Origin: Candidatus Entotheonellaceae bacterium
Lineage (GTDB): Bacteria; Tectomicrobia; Entotheonellia; Entotheonellales; Entotheonellaceae
Assembly (NCBI GenBank): GCA_965238075.1
Contig: OZ250173.1
Location: forward strand, 704,001 to 768,000
Direction of reading: 5' to 3'
DNA length: 64,000 nt
The notes beneath the pieces are model-generated. The model did no database searches and was not told the origin of the DNA. It saw nothing but the letters and a program-made list of their open reading frames with translations. The position numbers were made by a program, and so were the translations under genes. Position 1 is the stretch's first letter. Each line of letters starts with the position of its first letter. This document shows positions 58,422 through 64,000 of this stretch, piece after piece.

Positions 58422-58570
58422 GAGAACTCCTTTCGGGATGGATTTTCAATGGACGCCAACGGCGCCGGGCCGGCTGCCGGCGCCACCCCGTACCGGCTGC
58501 CATTATCCGATATAATGCCCCGCTTAATAACCATTGCGCGCAGATATTACCAACCGTAAAGGGGCCACTG

Positions 58571-59752
58571 ATGAAACTGTCGGGCTACGAAACCCTGCAC
58601 TGCGACGCCGGATGGCGGACGTTCTCGTTCTTGAAACTGACCACGGATGCGGGTCTGCACGGCATTTCCGAGTACAACGAGAGCTACGGCAGCCCCGGCC
58701 TCAGCGGCGTGATCGAGAATCTGGCACAACGCCTCATCGGCAGCGACCCGCGCGCGCACGAACTCCTCAGCCAGCGTCTCTACGCCATCACCCGGCAGGC
58801 CTGCGGGGGCATGACGCAGCAGGCGATTGCGGCTATCGAGAACGCCCTGCTCGACATCAAGGGCAAGGCCCTGGGCGTGCCGGTGTACGAGCTGCTCGGC
58901 GGCGCGGTTCGGGACCGCTTGCCACTGTATTGGTCGCACTGCGGCACCTACCGCATGGCCGCCAACTCGGCGCAGGTCATGGGCAAGCCGAAGCTCGAAC
59001 GCGTCGAGGACCTTGTGGCCCTCGGTCAGGAAGTCCGCGAGCGCGGCTTCAAGGCCCTGAAGACCAACATCTTCCTGTTTGACAGTGAGCCGCGCCTGCA
59101 CATGCCGGGCTTTGGTGGCACGCCAGGATGGCCGTCGCTGAACGCCGAGCGCTCCGTCATCGATGCTCTGCGCGCCCAACTGGAGGCGCTGCGCGCCGGT
59201 GCGGGTCCCGACGTCGGCATCCTGCTCGACCTCAATTTCAACTTCAAGACCGAGGGCTACCTGCAGGTGACGCGCGCGCTCGACGACCTCGGCCTCTTCT
59301 GGTTCGAGCTGGACATCTACGATCCCGCGGCGCTGCGGCGCATTCGCGACGCCCTGAAGACACCGGTCGCCTCCTGCGAGTCGCTGTTTGGTCTGCGCGG
59401 CTTCAAACCCTATTTCGAGCATTACGCCATGGACGTGGCCATCATCGACGTGCCGTGGAACGGCATCTGGCAGTCGCTGAAAATCGCCGCCATGGCCGAG
59501 GCGTACGAGGTCAACGTGGCGCCGCACAACTTCTACGGCCACCTTTCGACTCTGATGAGCGCGCACCTGTGCGCCGCCGTTCCCAACTTCCGGATCATGG
59601 AAATCGACATCGACGACGTGCCGTGGAAAGACGACATCGTGACGGTCGTGCCGGAAATCGAGAACGGGCAACTGCGGGTGCCCAGCGGCCCCGGCTGGGG
59701 CACCGATCTGAACGAGGCGGCCATTCGGGCCCATCCCCCTTTATCACGTTAA
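58571..59752 (+). CDS. Mandelate racemase / muconate lactonizing enzyme family protein
   Basis: ALLDIKGKALGVPVYELLGG, ALKTN, APHN, PSGPGWG. Confidence 0.92.
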   Translation: MKLSGYETLHCDAGWRTFSFLKLTTDAGLHGISEYNESYGSPGLSGVIENLAQRLIGSDPRAHELLSQRLYAITRQACGGMTQQAIAAIENALLDIKGKALGVPVYELLGGAVRDRLPLYWSHCGTYRMAANSAQVMGKPKLERVEDLVALGQEVRERGFKALKTNIFLFDSEPRLHMPGFGGTPGWPSLNAERSVIDALRAQLEALRAGAGPDVGILLDLNFNFKTEGYLQVTRALDDLGLFWFELDIYDPAALRRIRDALKTPVASCESLFGLRGFKPYFEHYAMDVAIIDVPWNGIWQSLKIAAMAEAYEVNVAPHNFYGHLSTLMSAHLCAAVPNFRIMEIDIDDVPWKDDIVTVVPEIENGQLRVPSGPGWGTDLNEAAIRAHPPLSR

Positions 59753-59775
59753 AGCGCCAGGAAGGAACCCAAGGC

Positions 59776-60966
59776 ATGACAAAACCGTTGGACGGAATCA
59801 AAGTGTTGGACCTGACACGGGTCCTTGCCGGACCCTATTGCACCATGCTGCTCGCCGACATGGGCGCCGACGTGGTGAAGGTGGAGCGCCCCGGCGCCGG
59901 GGACGACACCCGCGCCTACGGTCCGCCGTTTGTCAATGGCGAGAGCGCCTATTTCATGAGCGTGAACCGCAACAAGAGAAGCCTGACGCTGAACCTCAAG
60001 CACGCCGACGGGTTGAAGGTGCTGGAACGGCTGATCGCCACTGCGGACGTGCTGGTGGAGAATTTCCGGCCAGGCACCATGGAGTCGTTCGGTTATGAAT
60101 ACGAAAAGGCGCGCGAGGTCAACCCGCGCCTGATCTTCTGCTCCATCTCGGGCTTCGGCCACACCGGCCCGAAGGCCGCCCTGCCGGGGTACGACCTGAT
60201 CATCCAGGGCGAAGGCGGCGTCTCCAGCCTCACCGGCAGCCCGGACGGCCCGCCGTACAAGGTCGGCACCTCGCCGGGCGACGTGGTGGCCGGCATGATG
60301 GGCTTCCAGGGCATTCTGCTGTCGCTGTTGTCGCAGCAGCAAACCGGCTGCGGGCAGAAAATCGATATCGGCATGCTGGACTGCCAGGTGGCGTTGTTGA
60401 CCTATCAGGCGGGCATCTACTTTGCCACCGGCGAGAGCCCGACGCGCATGGGAAATCAGCATCCCACCATCACGCCGTACGAGACGTATCTCTGTGAAGA
60501 CGGCTACATCAACCTGGCCTGCGGCAACGACGCCATGTGGCGGGCGTTCTGCGGCGCTCTGGGACGCACGGAGTGGACTGAAGACACCCGTTTTGCCACC
60601 AACGCCGACCGCGTGCGGCACCGTAAGCAATTGCAGGCGCTGCTCGAGCCGGTCATGCAGCAGAAAGCGACGCGCGAATGGATGGACACGCTGCAACGGC
60701 ACGGCATTCCGTGCGGCGTTATTCAGTCGGTCGGCGAGGTGTGCGAGGACCCGCAAGTTATGGCGCGCGACATGGTGGTCGAGTTGGAGCACCCAAAGGC
60801 TGGGCCGCTGCGGGTGACGGGGGTGCCAGTCAAGCTCTCCGAAACACCGGGGGCCGTGACCACGCCGCCGCCGCTGCTGGGGGAACACACCGAACGGGTG
60901 CTGTCCGAATGGTTGCACATGGACGCCGCGGAGGTTGAACGCCTGCGTGATGTCAAGGCTGTCTGA
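59776..60966 (+). CDS. Class III CoA transferase (CaiB/BaiF)
   Basis: VLDLTRVLAGPYCT..DMGADVVKVE, NRNKRS, ENFRPG, PPLLGEHT. Confidence 0.95.
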   Translation: MTKPLDGIKVLDLTRVLAGPYCTMLLADMGADVVKVERPGAGDDTRAYGPPFVNGESAYFMSVNRNKRSLTLNLKHADGLKVLERLIATADVLVENFRPGTMESFGYEYEKAREVNPRLIFCSISGFGHTGPKAALPGYDLIIQGEGGVSSLTGSPDGPPYKVGTSPGDVVAGMMGFQGILLSLLSQQQTGCGQKIDIGMLDCQVALLTYQAGIYFATGESPTRMGNQHPTITPYETYLCEDGYINLACGNDAMWRAFCGALGRTEWTEDTRFATNADRVRHRKQLQALLEPVMQQKATREWMDTLQRHGIPCGVIQSVGEVCEDPQVMARDMVVELEHPKAGPLRVTGVPVKLSETPGAVTTPPPLLGEHTERVLSEWLHMDAAEVERLRDVKAV

Positions 60967-60985
60967 CACCGTCGCGACTCTCACC

Positions 60986-61094
60986 GTCACCGCGGCGAAA
61001 GCCGAGGTCCGGATAGGATTTTGTGACGCGGGAGGCCGCTGGATTCCAGCCTACGCCGGAATGACCGATTCGGGGCATCGGATAGGCTATTTCA
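60986..61094 (-). repeat. Reverse-oriented copy of the GTGAAA(A)TAGCC + GTCATTCCGGCG module
   Basis: Reverse complement aligns to 1787-1894. Confidence 0.8.
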
Positions 61095-61134
61095 CCAGCA
61101 GTTGCCAACAGACTTTCCCTTGGAGAACACAGGC

Positions 61135-61332
61135 ATGGCATATACCATCTGGCGGAAGCCGTACGGGAACGAGCAGTGGGTTTTCGATGGCATGCAGATC
61201 GACAGCGAGAAGCTCGCCGATCAAACCTTTTCCATGTACCACTTGGCACCGGGCGAGACCATTCAACTACGCGATCCGGACGGCTTCGTGATTGAAGAGC
61301 GCCGCGACGAATCACGGCCCTTCCCTGCTTAA
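61135..61332 (+). CDS. Small hypothetical protein
   Basis: GGAG RBS; 65 aa; host-like codon usage. Confidence 0.6.
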   Translation: MAYTIWRKPYGNEQWVFDGMQIDSEKLADQTFSMYHLAPGETIQLRDPDGFVIEERRDESRPFPA

Positions 61333-61542
61333 TCACCGCCTTCTTCAAGCCACCACGGGTAGGCAGGTTCCTCGTCGATCGTGACCGTCAAGCCATCGTG
61401 TGGACGCAGGCGTTGGATGGCCTCCCTGGCGATTTCCCGCTTGGCCTCGGTATCCACGACGATACGGGAATCCGGGGCGGCATTGCGGATTCGTTTTTCC
61501 AGCATCTCAAGCCAAGTCGTAGAGTTGCCCCCCTGAAGCCGG

Positions 61543-62667
61543 TCACCACGGGTCGCTGAGCACCTCGCCGGCGTTGAAACAGCCACGGCTGCGCAACCGG
61601 ATGCCGCGTTCCGCGCTAATACGGCCGACCACCTGCGCGGTGATGCCGTGGCGCTCGGCGACCGCCAGCACGGCGTCGGGCTGCGGCGTGCAGACCAGCA
61701 TGCCATGGCCCATGTTCCACACCCGATAGGCCTCCCGGTCGCTTACCGGCCCGTGCGTCTGCAGGTACGTCAGCAACGGCCCCGGCGGCAATGGCGAGGT
61801 GATGTCGGCGCCCAGATTGGCGCGGCGCAGCAGGCGTCCGAGTTTGCCCGGCAATCCGCCGCCGGTGACGTGCACCACACCATGCAGCGGCGCTTGCGGT
61901 TCACCGTGGATGCCGCCAAGCATGTCGACGATCGCTTTCGCGAAAATGCGCGACGGCTGTAAGGCCAACTCACCCAGTGTCGTCTCGCCCTGCGGCACGG
62001 TGTGCCAGGCGTCGCCGTGTAGGCGCTGCAGAATCTGACGCAGCAAGGTGTAACCGTTCGAGCGGCAGCCGGTTTCGGCCAGGCCCACGATGGCGTCGCC
62101 GGCACGCACCGCGGCACCGCTCAACAATCGGTCGCGGCGGGCGAACCACACCACGCCGGCACTCCAGTTGCAGGTGAAGGGGCCATAGCCGTTGAGACGC
62201 GGGCCGCATTCCGCCAGTTCGCCGTTGAGTACGGCAACGCCGGCAGCATCAGCGGCCGATACGTAGCCCTCGGCAAGCCGGGCGACGGCGTCGAGGTGCA
62301 CGCGGTTGACGTCCAGAACGGTACCCACCAGCACCGGCTCGGCGCCCTGGGTAACGGCGTCATCGCACACCATGGCAAAGAGATCGTGAGCCAGCGTGTC
62401 CCAGACGCCCATGCGCTCGGCGATTTCAATCTTGCTGCCGATGCCGTCGAAGCCGATCCCCATTACCGTGTCGGGCGGCAGGTTTCCCACCTCGATGGCG
62501 CGTATGCCGGAGAAGTCGTCGTGCGGTATAATCACGGCGCCCAAACGGTCCTGTCGTTGTTTCCAGGTCTGCTGGGCGGCCTCGTAGAGCAGACGCGAGG
62601 CGGCGTCGCCGAGTTCCAGATCAACACCTGCGGCGGCGTAGGTAACAGGATCACGTGTTTCTGCCAT
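61543..62667 (-). CDS. purM: Phosphoribosylformylglycinamidine cyclo-ligase (AIR synthase), divergent
   Basis: TYAAAGVD, DGIGSK, GELAE, RSNGYTL, HVTGGGL, WNMGHGM. Confidence 0.85.
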   Translation of the reverse strand: MAETRDPVTYAAAGVDLELGDAASRLLYEAAQQTWKQRQDRLGAVIIPHDDFSGIRAIEVGNLPPDTVMGIGFDGIGSKIEIAERMGVWDTLAHDLFAMVCDDAVTQGAEPVLVGTVLDVNRVHLDAVARLAEGYVSAADAAGVAVLNGELAECGPRLNGYGPFTCNWSAGVVWFARRDRLLSGAAVRAGDAIVGLAETGCRSNGYTLLRQILQRLHGDAWHTVPQGETTLGELALQPSRIFAKAIVDMLGGIHGEPQAPLHGVVHVTGGGLPGKLGRLLRRANLGADITSPLPPGPLLTYLQTHGPVSDREAYRVWNMGHGMLVCTPQPDAVLAVAERHGITAQVVGRISAERGIRLRSRGCFNAGEVLSDPW

Positions 62668-62699
62668 GAAGTGCCTCAGCCGGAGGAAAGGAGCGAAAA

Positions 62700-62912
62700 A
62701 TGTCCGAACAGCCGCACTACAAGACGTTGGAGGCGTCAGAGCTATTTTGCCAGCGCTGCCGACAATCGCAGCCGGTGCGCCAGCGCCTGCTGCTGGTCTT
62801 GCCGACGGGGAACAAGTACGACTACCGCTGCGCGGTCTGCGCGACCTCGGTGGGATCGAAAATGGATTCGGACAGCAGCGACTTCTCCACCCTTCTTTCC
62901 GGTCGGAAATAA
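62700..62912 (+). CDS. Small zinc-ribbon protein
   Basis: CQRC..PVRQRLLLVLP.G..YDY.CAVC; AAGGAG RBS. Confidence 0.75.
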   Translation: MSEQPHYKTLEASELFCQRCRQSQPVRQRLLLVLPTGNKYDYRCAVCATSVGSKMDSDSSDFSTLLSGRK

Positions 62913-62946
62913 CACCCGCCCCTGCCCGTCCCCATCACCAGCAAGC

Positions 62947-64000
62947 TCAGAACAGGTCCGTCACAATACCGTACCCGCCCACGTAGGTGCCGATGAGGCT
63001 GCCGAGCGTCGGCAGGATGAACGCCAGGAAGATGCGCAGCAGCCGGTTGCGCCACCAGTTCCTCGGAACCCGCATGTCCTCCGCAATGGTCTGCAATTCG
63101 TGAACCAGGGGCGGGGCGACGTACGCCTGCACGAAGGCGGTGACGTATCCGGCGCCGATGACCGGGGTCAGGCTGGTGAGCGGCGCGGCCACGAGCCCGG
63201 CGAGGATCGTCAGCGGATGCGCCAGCGCCAGGGTGGCGCCAATGGCGCAGGGGATGGCGTTGACCAGAACCCAGCAGAGCACGCTGTCGCCCATGGCAGC
63301 AGCGCCTTTCTGCCAGCCGATGGCGGCAATGGCCGCGATGATCAGGGCGGGAATGGCCCAGCCCAGCCACTTGCCGATCGGCAGCGTCGGCGGCACGGTT
63401 TCGAGGGCATCCAAATCGACCGGTGACGAAGCTCGCAACGCCCGAGCGATGCCGGGCACGTGCGCCGCACCGACCACGCCCACAACGCGTTCGCCCTCGG
63501 ACTGGCGCATTTTTTCCGCCAGGTACAAATCCCGCTCGTCGATGAGCACCTTGTGCAGCGCCGGGAACATCGTGCCGAGTTCCTGAAGCAACTCGGTGAG
63601 AACGTCTTTCTGCCGGATGTCGCGCAGGTCGTCTTCAGATACACGGGTGCTGTCGAACATGCTGCCGATCAACGCCGACAGCAGCCAGAACTTGCGCAGA
63701 AACGACGTGGAACGCCAGGCTCGCAGCATGGTTACCCGCACGGCGCGGTCGCACAGCGCCACGGGTATGTCGTGCTCCTCCGCGACCTTAGTCGCCTCCA
63801 GCAGTTCCGTGCCCGGCGTCACGCCCAACTGGCCCCCCAGCCGCTTCTGATAGGATGCCAGGATCAGGTTGGCCAGCAGGGCGCTGAGCTGGCGCTTGCG
63901 AATGACCTCCTTGAGGTCGAGGTCCTCCCACCGGCTGCCCGCCGACAGCGCCGCATAGCGCTGCGCGTCCAGTTCCACGCACACGCAATCCGGCTGCTCT
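62947..64000 (-). CDS. TraB/PrgY/GumN family protein, 5' end outside window
   Basis: VCVELD..R, GVTPG.E, LIDERD, VVGAAH; C-terminal TM with AP.TSL.P.IGAG. Confidence 0.9.
   Translation of the reverse strand, partial: EQPDCVCVELDAQRYAALSAGSRWEDLDLKEVIRKRQLSALLANLILASYQKRLGGQLGVTPGTELLEATKVAEEHDIPVALCDRAVRVTMLRAWRSTSFLRKFWLLSALIGSMFDSTRVSEDDLRDIRQKDVLTELLQELGTMFPALHKVLIDERDLYLAEKMRQSEGERVVGVVGAAHVPGIARALRASSPVDLDALETVPPTLPIGKWLGWAIPALIIAAIAAIGWQKGAAAMGDSVLCWVLVNAIPCAIGATLALAHPLTILAGLVAAPLTSLTPVIGAGYVTAFVQAYVAPPLVHELQTIAEDMRVPRNWWRNRLLRIFLAFILPTLGSLIGTYVGGYGIVTDLF

Noticed and set aside
61329..61540. Short minus-strand ORF tail downstream of purM (MLEKRIRN..WWLEEGGD)
   Set aside because: No convincing start, RBS or recognisable motif; may be a gene relic but is unsupported

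Overview
A GC-rich bacterial chromosomal window of mostly housekeeping and metabolic genes: a peptide-type ABC importer, erpA-nuoA-nuoH-nuoG-nuoI-fadF-iscS, thiD-nadD-ychF-frc, a HACL/oxc-type ThDP enzyme, pilX-pilY1-pcm-lysK-folC, nudC, purM, and several oxidoreductases and CoA transferases. Accessory material is interleaved: two higBA loci, an Rpn gene followed by a lower-GC defence-like cassette (DUF6680-like protein, membrane-anchored HNH nuclease, AbiJ-like protein, dead DNA methyltransferase), about seven pseudogenes, and modular, nested palindromic intergenic repeats. The gene content is reminiscent of uncultured sponge-associated lineages such as Tectomicrobia, but this is inference only. 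I saw no rRNA, tRNA or CRISPR array. The most interesting candidates are: (1) a partial complex I module (A-H-G-I) tightly coupled to a FadF-type membrane Fe-S/CCG oxidoreductase and Fe-S assembly genes; (2) the TM-HNH/AbiJ cassette; (3) an ABC permease carrying a ~290-aa CBM-like extracytoplasmic insertion; (4) BIME-like mosaic repeats whose modules occur in permuted order. All product calls come from motif recognition by eye, with no database searches.
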